The translations under genes were made by a program, and so were the position numbers. Of a DNA stretch of 64,000 bases, positions 9,390-18,480 are shown piece after piece. The notes beneath the pieces are model-generated. The model was not told the DNA's origin, did not search any database, and was given only the letters and a program-made list of their open reading frames with translations. Position 1 is the first letter of the stretch, and every line of letters starts with the position of its first letter. Source of the stretch: Bacilli bacterium (GTDB lineage: Bacteria; Bacillota_I; Bacilli_A; RF39; UBA660); NCBI GenBank assembly GCA_028693275.1, contig JAQUVS010000003.1, positions 6,046 to 70,045 of the forward strand, in the 5' to 3' direction.

Positions 9390-11066
9390 ATGAAATTTAA
9401 TAAACCGGATGAAACTAAGTTTATAGTTCTTGGAGGTTTAGGTGAAGTTGGAAAAAACATGTATTGTGTAATGCATGAAGATGAAATAGTTATTATAGAT
9501 GCGGGGATTTCTTTCCCTGATGAAAGTGTATATGGGGTTGATTATGTTATACCTGATTATACTTTCTTAAAACAAAATCAAGATAAAATAAAAGCTTTAG
9601 TAATAACACATGGTCACGAGGACCATATAGGAGGGATTCCTTTTTTATTACAAAGTTTATCTATTCCAGCTATTTATGCGCCTAGACAAGCTAAAGAATT
9701 AATAGCTTTAAAACTAGAAGATAGAAATATTCGTTATGATTTTTTAAATGTATATGACGATACTACTATTTTAAATTTTAAGAATATTAAAATAGAATTT
9801 TTTAAAACAACCCATTCTATACCTGATTCTCATGGTATTTCAATTACTACAAAGAATGGAACAATTGTAACAACAGGAGACTTTAAGTTTGACTTTACTC
9901 CAATTGGTCCAATGGCTGATTTACACAAAATGGCAGAAATTGGGAAAAGAGGAGTAGATTTATTAATTAGTGATTCTACTAATGCCCTTAATGAAGGAAT
10001 TAGTACTAGTGAATCAAAAGTTGATGATGCTTTAAATGCTTTCTTTGATGATTATAAAGATAGTAGAATAATTATTGCTACTTTTGCTTCTAATATATAT
10101 AGATTGAAACATATTGTTGAAACTTGTCACAAATATGGAAGAAAAATTTGTGTATTTGGTAGAAGTATGGAAAATAACTTGAAGATATCTACAGGTGGCG
10201 GATATATTGAGCATGGAGATATATTAATTAATGCTGATGAAGCTAATAATTTGAAGCCAGGAGAAGTTTGTTTACTTTGCACTGGTTCTCAAGGGGAACC
10301 ACTAGCTGCTTTATCTAGAATATCTGATGGAACTCATAGACAAATAAAATTGAGACCTGATGATGTTGTAGTTTTCTCATCTTCACCAATTCCAGGTAAT
10401 GCTCTTAGTATTTCTAAGACAATAAATAAGCTTTACCTAAAGGGTGTTAAAGTATTTACTGCTAATAGCAATAATGATTTACATACTTCTGGTCATGCAA
10501 ACCAAGATGAATTGAAATTAATGATCAGACTTCTAATGCCTAAATTTGTAATGCCGTTCCATGGTGATTATAGAATGTTAAAGAAACATGCTGATGTAGC
10601 TATGGATTGTGGAGTTCCTAAGGAAAATACTTTTGTTATTGATAATGGTAATGTTCTTACATTATACAATCATGTAGTTACAAAAGATGAAGAAAAGGTT
10701 CAAGCAGGGGAAGTTTATATCGATGGAAACCGTATTGGTGAAATTGGTGGTGCTGTTTTAAAAGATAGAAAGATTATGTCAAACGATGGTATACTTGTTG
10801 TTATTGCTAACGTTGATATTGTAAATAGAAAAATATTAATAAAACCAAATATTACTACTAGAGGATTTGTACTTGTAAATGAAAATGAAGAACTAATCAA
10901 GAATATTGAAAAAATGTCTTATAATATTATTAATGATAGATTAACAAAATCTCATGATTCTATAATAGATATTAAATCAAAAGTTGCAAGTGAATTATCC
11001 CCTTATATAGAAAATATTACGGGAAGAAAACCAATTATTTCAACAATGATTGTGGAAATAAAGTAA
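9390..11066 (+). CDS. rnjA: Ribonuclease J (metallo-beta-lactamase/beta-CASP)
   Basis: HGHEDHIGG motif; beta-CASP region; RBS AAAGGAG before ATG at 9390. Confidence 0.9.
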   Translation: MKFNKPDETKFIVLGGLGEVGKNMYCVMHEDEIVIIDAGISFPDESVYGVDYVIPDYTFLKQNQDKIKALVITHGHEDHIGGIPFLLQSLSIPAIYAPRQAKELIALKLEDRNIRYDFLNVYDDTTILNFKNIKIEFFKTTHSIPDSHGISITTKNGTIVTTGDFKFDFTPIGPMADLHKMAEIGKRGVDLLISDSTNALNEGISTSESKVDDALNAFFDDYKDSRIIIATFASNIYRLKHIVETCHKYGRKICVFGRSMENNLKISTGGGYIEHGDILINADEANNLKPGEVCLLCTGSQGEPLAALSRISDGTHRQIKLRPDDVVVFSSSPIPGNALSISKTINKLYLKGVKVFTANSNNDLHTSGHANQDELKLMIRLLMPKFVMPFHGDYRMLKKHADVAMDCGVPKENTFVIDNGNVLTLYNHVVTKDEEKVQAGEVYIDGNRIGEIGGAVLKDRKIMSNDGILVVIANVDIVNRKILIKPNITTRGFVLVNENEELIKNIEKMSYNIINDRLTKSHDSIIDIKSKVASELSPYIENITGRKPIISTMIVEIK

Positions 11067-11118
11067 AATAAGAAAAGAGTAATTGTTGATAGAATTTACT
11101 ATCTAGTCAATTACTCTT
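11067..11118. terminator. Bidirectional terminator between rnj and 11119..11763
   Basis: hairpin AGAGTAATTG ... CAATTACTCT followed by T-run. Confidence 0.5.
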
Positions 11119-11763
11119 TTATTTTTCTTCTTCTATATCTAAAACTGTTATTGTTCTTGTTTGAGTTGTTATATTACCTGCAATATCTTCAGCGTTGTAT
11201 GTTACTGTATATGTTCCAGGAACTGAAGTATTGATTGTTAACGGGTCAGTTGTATATAGCTTACCTACTCCTGATTCTTTATCAGAAACTGTTACTCCTG
11301 TTCTTAACGAAAAAATTGAGTTTTTATAGATAGAATTTTGTTCTGGTAATTTTATTACTGGTGGAATTTTATCTATTTTTTTTATTTCTACATCTATCTT
11401 TTCACTAAGAAGATTTTTTGTATCTCTTACCATTATAGTAACATTTTGATTATCTGAAAAATCTTTTTTGTTTTCTTTTTGCCAAGTTTTTCCACCATCA
11501 AAAGAATATTCTTTTATAAGTTTTTTATCTTCATCAACAATTACTGTTAATTTTTCGTTAGACCACTTATCTTCTTCTATATAAGCGTTTGGTATTTTTA
11601 TATATGGAGTTTTTCTTTCGATATCTTCTAAATTTTTATTATAAAAATATAGGGAAGTCAAAACTATGGCAATAACAAATATTATACATGTTATTATAAT
11701 TGCTACAAGTTTAACATTCATACTTCTTGGTTTCTCAAATTCATCTGTGTACATTTTTATCAC
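11119..11763 (-). CDS. Membrane-anchored protein with C-terminal bacterial Ig-like domain
   Basis: N-terminal TM helix; C-terminal VPGTYTVTYNAEDIAGNITTQTRTITV Ig-like signature. Confidence 0.5.
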   Translation of the reverse strand: MIKMYTDEFEKPRSMNVKLVAIIITCIIFVIAIVLTSLYFYNKNLEDIERKTPYIKIPNAYIEEDKWSNEKLTVIVDEDKKLIKEYSFDGGKTWQKENKKDFSDNQNVTIMVRDTKNLLSEKIDVEIKKIDKIPPVIKLPEQNSIYKNSIFSLRTGVTVSDKESGVGKLYTTDPLTINTSVPGTYTVTYNAEDIAGNITTQTRTITVLDIEEEK

Positions 11764-11835
11764 TCCTACTATAAATATGATTATATCATATTGTTTTTTC
11801 TTCTACAACAAAGAAAAAAAGTAACAACGTTACTT

Positions 11836-13386
11836 TTATTTTGCTTCTTCTTGAACTCTAGTTTCTCTTATAACAGTTACTTTTATTGTTCCAGGATATT
11901 GCATTGTATTTTCTATTTCTTCTTTGATATCTCTTGCAATTTTGTGACTCTTAACATCATCTATTTCTTCAGGTTTAACAATAACTCTTAATTCTCTACC
12001 TGCTTGAACAGCAAATGTTTTTTCTACACCCTTAATATCATTTCCGATTTTTTCTAGTTGTTCTAATCTCTTTATGTAGTTTTCTAATGAATCATTTCTT
12101 GCTCCAGGTCTTGAAGCTGAAAGTGCATCAGCAATAGCTACTAATACAGAAATTATACTTGTCGCTTCTTTATCTCCGTGGTGAGATGCTATTGAATTTA
12201 CAACAACATCATGTTCACCATATTTTTTAGCTAAATCTATACCAATATCAACATGGCTTCCTTCTACTTCGTGGTCAATTGCTTTTCCTATATCATGAAG
12301 TAAACCTGCTCTTTTTGCTAAAGCAACATTTTCTCCTATTTCAGCAGCCATTATACCTGCTAAATTAGCAACTTCTATTGAATGTTGTAAAGCGTTTTGT
12401 CCAAAACTTGTTCTAAATTTAAGTTTACCAACTGTTTCAACAAGCACAGGATCAACTTTTGTGATTCCTAATTCAAATAAGGCTTCGTTTCCATATTCTA
12501 TTATTTTTGTCTTCATTTCTTTAGAAGTTTTATCATATAATTCTTCTATTCTTGTTGGATGAATTCTTCCATCTTTTAGTAATGTTTCAAGAGTTTGTCT
12601 AGCAATTTCTCTTCTTAATGGATCAAAACTAGATAAAACAACTGCTTCTGGAGTATCATCAATTATTAAGTCAACTCCTGTTATTGCTTCTATTGTTCTG
12701 ATATTTCTTCCTTCTCTACCTATTATTCTTCCTTTAAGATCATCATTAGGTAGATTAACTACTGTAATTGTTTGTTCATTAGCTATATCAGCTGCAAATT
12801 TTTGCATTGACATAACTAATAAGTCTTTTGCTTTTTTATCTGCTTCTAATTTTGCTTCGTTTTCTCTTTCTTTTATGTATGAAGCAATATCTATAGCCAT
12901 AGCTGCTTCAACTTTTTCCATAACAAGTTTTTCAGCTTGTTTTCTATCTATTTTAGATATTTCTTGTAATAATTCTAGTTGCTGTTGTTTTATTTCTTCC
13001 ACTTTTGCTTGTTCATTTTGGATATCTTTTTGTTTTTCAAAAATCTTTTCTTCTTTTTCATCAAGTGTCAATTCTCTTTTTTGATAAAGTTCATCACGTT
13101 TATCCATATTTTTTTCTCTTTGGATCAAACGTTCTTCAGCTTCTTTTAATTCTTGTTTTTTCTCTTTTAATTCTTTTTCAAATTCTATTTTTTGTTTATG
13201 AATCTCTTCTTTAGATTCTAAAACTGATTCTCTTTTTAATTTTTCAGAATCTTTTTTAGCCTTTTCTATAATATCTTCGGCTTTGTTTCCAGCATTTTTA
13301 ACTTTTAAAGAATATAGGACTGCTTTTGTCGTATATCCGGTACCTAATCCAACAATGACTAGCAGAGTGGTAATAAATATTTCCAT
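11836..13386 (-). CDS. rny: Ribonuclease Y (N-terminal TM, coiled coil, KH and HD domains)
   Basis: KH motif [13 protein letters not shown]; HD motif GLLHDIGKA; RBS GGAGGT. Confidence 0.9.
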   Translation of the reverse strand: MEIFITTLLVIVGLGTGYTTKAVLYSLKVKNAGNKAEDIIEKAKKDSEKLKRESVLESKEEIHKQKIEFEKELKEKKQELKEAEERLIQREKNMDKRDELYQKRELTLDEKEEKIFEKQKDIQNEQAKVEEIKQQQLELLQEISKIDRKQAEKLVMEKVEAAMAIDIASYIKERENEAKLEADKKAKDLLVMSMQKFAADIANEQTITVVNLPNDDLKGRIIGREGRNIRTIEAITGVDLIIDDTPEAVVLSSFDPLRREIARQTLETLLKDGRIHPTRIEELYDKTSKEMKTKIIEYGNEALFELGITKVDPVLVETVGKLKFRTSFGQNALQHSIEVANLAGIMAAEIGENVALAKRAGLLHDIGKAIDHEVEGSHVDIGIDLAKKYGEHDVVVNSIASHHGDKEATSIISVLVAIADALSASRPGARNDSLENYIKRLEQLEKIGNDIKGVEKTFAVQAGRELRVIVKPEEIDDVKSHKIARDIKEEIENTMQYPGTIKVTVIRETRVQEEAK

Positions 13387-13475
13387 ATTTTACCTCCATC
13401 TACTATGTTACTTAGTAACATCTAATTACATTTTAAGTTGCTTTTAGTAATAAGTCAAGAAAAAGGAAACTTACT

Positions 13476-13499
13476 GAAAAAAAAAGACAACTTTTGTTG
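13476..13499 (-). terminator. Terminator downstream of the pilin-like gene 13501..14742
   Basis: minus-strand hairpin AGACAAC-aaaa-GTTGTCT followed by T9. Confidence 0.5.
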
Positions 13500-13500
13500 T

Positions 13501-14742
13501 CTATAATCCTGAAGTTCTTGATGAATATGTTCCACCATAATGATTAAATATACCTAATGTTCTTGAAATTGAATAACCTGATGCATTGGTATTTTCTATT
13601 TTTCCACCATACTGATTTAATATTGCTGTTGCAACATTATTAGAAAATATTGTTGATGCATATGCTGTGTAATAATTTCCACTATAAATGTTCATTATAC
13701 CTGAATTTGTTATGATTGGACTTATAGCATCATTTCTATATACTTCAGTGTCATATAAATTCATAACTGACTTACCATTGTTACTATTCCAAATTGCAAC
13801 TGCAGAAGTTGTTGTGTTAGTTACTGTTACATCTTTTAAAGTCATTATAGAGTAATTTACTAAACTTTTTGTATATGTTGCAGTTACTGTATTTGTAATT
13901 ACTCCAGGCCCCTCAATAATCATATCACCATAATTCGTAATAGCATCCATTCCAACACCATCGATTTTGTGACCATTAAGTTTTAAAGTAATTATTTTCC
14001 CATTACTAACAGTAGCATTACCATTGTAATCTTTAGTCATATATATAATTGTTTCTTTATCTAATTCAGCAGCTGAAAAAGCATCATACATGGAATTATA
14101 ACCTACATTATTGACTTTAAAACTAAAAGTAGTTGGAGTAAAATCGATATTACAATTTTCATTTGAGTATACATCATCATGATTTAGTTTCCACTCTTTT
14201 GAGTTCCATGATTGGCCTATTTCAGATGAACAAGTTATTGTTTTTACATCATATAAATTACCATCTGGAGCAGTAGCTACAGCACTACTATCAATACTAT
14301 AAGTAATTAATACTTGTCTTTTACCTGTATCATTACAATCTGCTACAAATTCTCCTTCAAATAATTCGGGATTTTTATCTTCGTTTACGGTTACTATATT
14401 GTCACCATATTTTAAGACATAATCGACAACTTCATTATTTTTAACATAAACGCAACTATTTCCCTCTGGAGCTTCTCCCGTAATTGATACGGTCACCTCT
14501 TGGTTAGATAAATCATTAAGGGTATAACTTCCATCGGCAATTATGGCGCTGTCGCCGTTACTTTCTATTAAATACAATTTATCATTTGTTGCTTTCACAT
14601 ATTCTCTAGCTGAAATTAATAATGATTTTAACTCAGCTCTCTTTACTGTGTTCATGATTTCAGGAATAGCTATTAACATTATTGTACCTAATATAACAAT
14701 TACACCTAATATTTCAATTAAAGTAAATCCCTTTTTATTCAT
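13501..14742 (-). CDS. Type IV prepilin-like protein with large C-terminal beta-helix-like domain
   Basis: Class III signal MNKKG|FTLIEILGVIV (Glu at +5); C-terminal approx 180 aa of N/T/S-rich repeats typical of a parallel beta-helix. Confidence 0.6.
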   Translation of the reverse strand: MNKKGFTLIEILGVIVILGTIMLIAIPEIMNTVKRAELKSLLISAREYVKATNDKLYLIESNGDSAIIADGSYTLNDLSNQEVTVSITGEAPEGNSCVYVKNNEVVDYVLKYGDNIVTVNEDKNPELFEGEFVADCNDTGKRQVLITYSIDSSAVATAPDGNLYDVKTITCSSEIGQSWNSKEWKLNHDDVYSNENCNIDFTPTTFSFKVNNVGYNSMYDAFSAAELDKETIIYMTKDYNGNATVSNGKIITLKLNGHKIDGVGMDAITNYGDMIIEGPGVITNTVTATYTKSLVNYSIMTLKDVTVTNTTTSAVAIWNSNNGKSVMNLYDTEVYRNDAISPIITNSGIMNIYSGNYYTAYASTIFSNNVATAILNQYGGKIENTNASGYSISRTLGIFNHYGGTYSSRTSGL

Positions 14743-14811
14743 AAAATAGCCTCCAATTTTATAGTTACCTACTATATATAATTTTACACCATTTTTTATT
14801 TAAAGCAATAA

Positions 14812-15822
14812 TTATTTTGTTTTAATCAATATACCATAATATTCTCTTGTCTTTAATTCGATTTCTTCTGCTAATTTTTTATTGTCTTTTAAGATAAGTT
14901 TTACATTTTCTTTTCCTTGACCTAATTTTTCTCCATTATAAGAATACCATGCTCCTGATTTTTCTACTATTCCAGCATCTGAAGCTAAATCTACTAATTC
15001 ACCTTCTCTGCTTACTCCTTCTCCATACATTATATCAACTATAGCTGCTTTGAAAGGAGGGGCAACTTTATTCTTAACCACTTTTACAGTTGTTTTATTA
15101 CCAATTATTCCTTCTCCTATTTTTAGTGCTTCATTTCTTCTTACATCTAGTCTTATAGTTGAATAGAATTTCAATGCTCTTCCACCTGGAGTTGTTTCTG
15201 GATTACCAAACATAACCCCTACTTTTTCTCTTAATTGGTTGATAAAAATTGCTGTTGTTTTAGTTTTATTTATTGTTCCAGAAAGTTTTCTTAATGCTTG
15301 AGACATCAATCTTGCTTGAAGGCCAACATGGGAATCACCCATTTCTCCATCAATTTCTGCCTGAGGAACTAATGCTGCAACTGAATCTATAACAACTATA
15401 TTAACTGCTTCGCTTCTAACTAAAGCTTCGCATATTTCAAGTGCTTGTTCACCTGTATCTGGTTGAGCTAATAATAATTCATTTATATTTACTCCTAAAT
15501 TTTTGGCATAAACTGGATCAAGGGCATGTTCAGCATCTATAAACGCTGCTCTTCCACCTTGTTTTTGAACTTCAGCTATTGCATGAAGGGCAAATGTTGT
15601 TTTACCACTAGATTCTGGTCCGTATATTTCGATTATTCTTCCTTTAGGATATCCACCAACACCAAGTGCAATATCTAATGATATACTACCACTAGAAGTC
15701 ACATCAAGTTCCATATGTTTATTTTCTCCCAATCTCATTATTGAACCTTTACCAAATTGTTTTTCTATATCATTTAGTACTTGTTCTAATGCTTTATCTT
15801 TATCCGTTACTATTTTACTCAT
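14812..15822 (-). CDS. recA: Recombinase RecA
   Basis: Walker [10 protein letters not shown]; near-canonical RecA sequence throughout. Confidence 0.97.
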   Translation of the reverse strand: MSKIVTDKDKALEQVLNDIEKQFGKGSIMRLGENKHMELDVTSSGSISLDIALGVGGYPKGRIIEIYGPESSGKTTFALHAIAEVQKQGGRAAFIDAEHALDPVYAKNLGVNINELLLAQPDTGEQALEICEALVRSEAVNIVVIDSVAALVPQAEIDGEMGDSHVGLQARLMSQALRKLSGTINKTKTTAIFINQLREKVGVMFGNPETTPGGRALKFYSTIRLDVRRNEALKIGEGIIGNKTTVKVVKNKVAPPFKAAIVDIMYGEGVSREGELVDLASDAGIVEKSGAWYSYNGEKLGQGKENVKLILKDNKKLAEEIELKTREYYGILIKTK

Positions 15823-15847
15823 AAATCCTCCTAATATTTTGGCTTAC

Positions 15848-15901
15848 AAATATATGATAAACTATTTTTTTATAAAATGCAATACATTTTCGAACAAATG
15901 T
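15848..15901 (-). promoter_or_regulatory. recA promoter (TTGCAT-17-TATCAT) with adjacent Cheo/LexA-like box
   Basis: minus strand AAACATTTGTTCG, one mismatch to CGAAC-N4-GTTCG, immediately upstream of -35. Confidence 0.45.
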
Positions 15902-15990
15902 TTTATTTTGTTTTTAGTGTTTTTTTTCAACTAAAAAAGCAATTTCACCCTATTAAAATAAGATTTTATTGCTTTTTATTCTTTTAATTT

Positions 15991-16593
15991 TTATTTTTCG
16001 TTTGAAAAAATAATTTTTTTATTTAGATTAAAATATTCATATAGTGATATCAGTGACATAATTGTTGCAAAATACATGAAGAATAAATCAACTCTTATTC
16101 CGCTACCTATTAATTCAAACGGTAAGTTACTCGCAAAAATTAAAACCATACCAATCATTAAACTTGCTGTTTTTATTTTTCCTGATTTTATTGCAGCAAC
16201 TACTTTACCTTTACTAGCTGCTTCCATCTTTATTGCATTTACTACTATATCTCTTAAAATAATAATTACTGGAACTATTGCATTAATTCTTTGATCTGCT
16301 GCAAAAATAATTAATACCGAATTAACAAGTATTTTATCTGCTATTGCATCTAACATTTTACCTGTATCAGTTACTAAATTATCTCTTCTTGCTATATATC
16401 CATCTAAGAAATCTGTAAAACTTGCAATCATAAATAATATTCCTGCTATTATATATTTACTGCTTATAGCTACTCCTGAAATAATATATTCGGGGAATGT
16501 TAATCCTACTTCATAAAATGGGAATAGCATTAATATAATTATCATAATTGCCATTATTATTCTTACTATCGTTAATTTTGTTGGTAAATTCAT
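15991..16593 (-). CDS. pgsA: CDP-diacylglycerol--glycerol-3-phosphate 3-phosphatidyltransferase
   Basis: CDP-alcohol phosphatidyltransferase motif DFLDGYIARR; RBS GGAGGAA before ATG at 16593; the start overlaps the upstream stop by 1 nt (TAATG). Confidence 0.85.
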   Translation of the reverse strand: MNLPTKLTIVRIIMAIMIIILMLFPFYEVGLTFPEYIISGVAISSKYIIAGILFMIASFTDFLDGYIARRDNLVTDTGKMLDAIADKILVNSVLIIFAADQRINAIVPVIIILRDIVVNAIKMEAASKGKVVAAIKSGKIKTASLMIGMVLIFASNLPFELIGSGIRVDLFFMYFATIMSLISLYEYFNLNKKIIFSNEK

Positions 16594-17072
16594 TATCTTT
16601 CCTCCATAGTACAACAAATTGCTTTTAATTCTGAATTTATTGTGTTTTCATCATTTCCACAAATCATTATTACATAAGCTATTAACATTGTTACTGTTAA
16701 TATAAGTAATATCACTAATAGTGGAATTGTTTTTATTTTCTTCTTCTTTTTTACTGTGTATGGTGAAATTACTTCTTTTTCTTTTTTTACTACGCTCTTT
16801 AATTCCTTTAAATCTTCTAAGGAAATTTTTGATGTGTGTTCAAATAAAAAATCATTAAATTCATCTACTATTTTTTCTGAATCAAGCCCTAAATATTTTG
16901 CATATATTTTAACTATTTCTCTTAAAACATATACATCTTTAAAAGCTCTCACATTTCCTTCTTCTAGGTTTTCTAATTGAATAGCAGTAATATTTAAATC
17001 TTCTGCTGTTTCTTCAATACTAACACCATTTTTTATTCTAGTCTCTTTTAAATACTCTCCTATTTCTTTCAA
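16593..17072 (-). CDS. rodZ: RodZ/YmfM-like XRE-family HTH membrane protein
   Basis: N-terminal XRE HTH, single TM helix; TTG start with RBS AAGAGGTG; ymfM-pgsA-recA neighbourhood conserved with Bacillus. Confidence 0.6.
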   Translation of the reverse strand: MKEIGEYLKETRIKNGVSIEETAEDLNITAIQLENLEEGNVRAFKDVYVLREIVKIYAKYLGLDSEKIVDEFNDFLFEHTSKISLEDLKELKSVVKKEKEVISPYTVKKKKKIKTIPLLVILLILTVTMLIAYVIMICGNDENTINSELKAICCTMEER

Positions 17073-17099
17073 TATTACACCTCTTTAAATAAAAAAAAT

Positions 17100-17450
17100 A
17101 ATACTTTATAAGCCATGTTCTGTTCCTATTTCTAGGCGACAAACATCTATCTACCAATTTCTTGGTCCCTAACTTAGTTATTAGTTCCTTCGTTAGAGCT
17201 CCCCTACCATAATTTGGGTTTCTCACTCGTGGGGTTTACCGCGTTTCAATTAACCGTTTCCGATTAATATCGTCTCTGTGGCACTTTACAATTACTTTAA
17301 TCATATCCTAAGACTTAGATTATTTCATCGCCGTTAGCAAAGCTACCCAAGGTTATTTTTTCCCTTGGCACGAACATTAAAAACATTCCAGTTTTTGTGA
17401 GCATGGACTTTCCTCTATATTACTTGAATACAGCGTTTGTCAAAGTATTA
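17100..17450 (-). ncRNA. rnpB: RNase P RNA, type B
   Basis: minus strand carries GAGGAAAGTCCATGCTC (P4 5' strand) and ACAGAACATGGCTTAT (P4 3' strand); P1 pairing AATACTTT/AAAGTATT; located next to gpsB as in B. subtilis. Confidence 0.85.
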
Positions 17451-17771
17451 ATCATCTTTTCCGTAAACTATTTTTTCTAGATTTGAAACTCTTCTTAAAA
17501 TATCAATATTATTTACTTCTTTGTCTTCACTTCTTGCAATATCAATACTCATTTTAACATTTCTTAATTCTTGTTTTAATTTCATTACTTCATTCATTAA
17601 TTCTTCTTTTTCTTTAGTTAATTCTTTTATAATACCAAAGAAACCTTCATAATCATTAATAATTTGATCTAGAAATTGATCTACTTCTTTTAATCTGTAA
17701 CCTCTTGTATCAATCTTAAACTCTTTTTCTAATATGTCTTGAGTTGTTAAAGATATCTTATCTTGAAACAT
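17448..17771 (-). CDS. gpsB: Cell-cycle protein GpsB (DivIVA domain)
   Basis: 107 aa; DivIVA-like N-terminus LTTQDILEKEFKIDTRGYRLKEVDQFLDQI. Confidence 0.85.
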   Translation of the reverse strand: MFQDKISLTTQDILEKEFKIDTRGYRLKEVDQFLDQIINDYEGFFGIIKELTKEKEELMNEVMKLKQELRNVKMSIDIARSEDKEVNNIDILRRVSNLEKIVYGKDD

Positions 17772-17901
17772 ATTTTATCACCAATCCCTTATGTTATTAT
17801 TATTACAAATTAGTAAGTTTTTGTCAAATAGTTTTAAATTAGTAAATATTAAAATAGGATAGAAAAATATACTAATATATAGTATAATATTTAAAGGTGA
17901 T

Positions 17902-18480
17902 TTGATGAAATATCCTAAGGGGACAGTTAATATATGTAATAACACTAAAAATAATACTGTTTTTAGTAATAGAGGGATGTCTTTAGAAAAAGATATTAAT
18001 AGTACTAATAAATATTATTCTGATAATAGTATTGCTTTTATATATAAAAAACCTACTCCTATTAAGATATTAGAATTTGATAGGAAAACTGTTACTATTA
18101 AGAAAGCTGTTTTTGAAGCTCCATCTACCACTGATTATAATGGTTTATATAGAGGTAGGTATATTGATTTTGAGGCTAAAGAAACGGACAGTAAAGAAGG
18201 TTTCCCTTTAATTAATATTCATAAACATCAAATTAATCATATTAGAAATATAGTTAAATGTGGAGGTATTGCCTTTCTTATAATTAGATTAAATAGTTAT
18301 TCTAAGACTTTTGTTTTAGAGGGAAATGTTTTTATAGATTATATAGATAATAATTTATGTAAATATGTTCCTGTTGAATTATTTAATAATAAAGGACATG
18401 AAATTATGGAAAAGTATGCTCCTAGATTAGATTATCTTAAAATTATCGATAAAATATACGGAGGGATATTAGATGAGTAA
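17902..18480 (+). CDS. recU: Holliday junction resolvase RecU
   Basis: RecU family sequence; 8-nt overlap with ponA as in Bacillus. Confidence 0.85.
   Translation: MMKYPKGTVNICNNTKNNTVFSNRGMSLEKDINSTNKYYSDNSIAFIYKKPTPIKILEFDRKTVTIKKAVFEAPSTTDYNGLYRGRYIDFEAKETDSKEGFPLINIHKHQINHIRNIVKCGGIAFLIIRLNSYSKTFVLEGNVFIDYIDNNLCKYVPVELFNNKGHEIMEKYAPRLDYLKIIDKIYGGILDE

Noticed and set aside
15940-15990. Possible terminator downstream of pgsA (AAGCAAT ... ATTGCTT + T-run)
   Set aside because: The stem is only 7 bp with a 24-nt loop; too weak to call with confidence.
17038-17226. 62-aa ORF predicted on the minus strand
   Set aside because: Lies entirely within the rnpB RNA gene and the rodZ-like RBS; basic low-complexity translation; artefact of the RNA gene.
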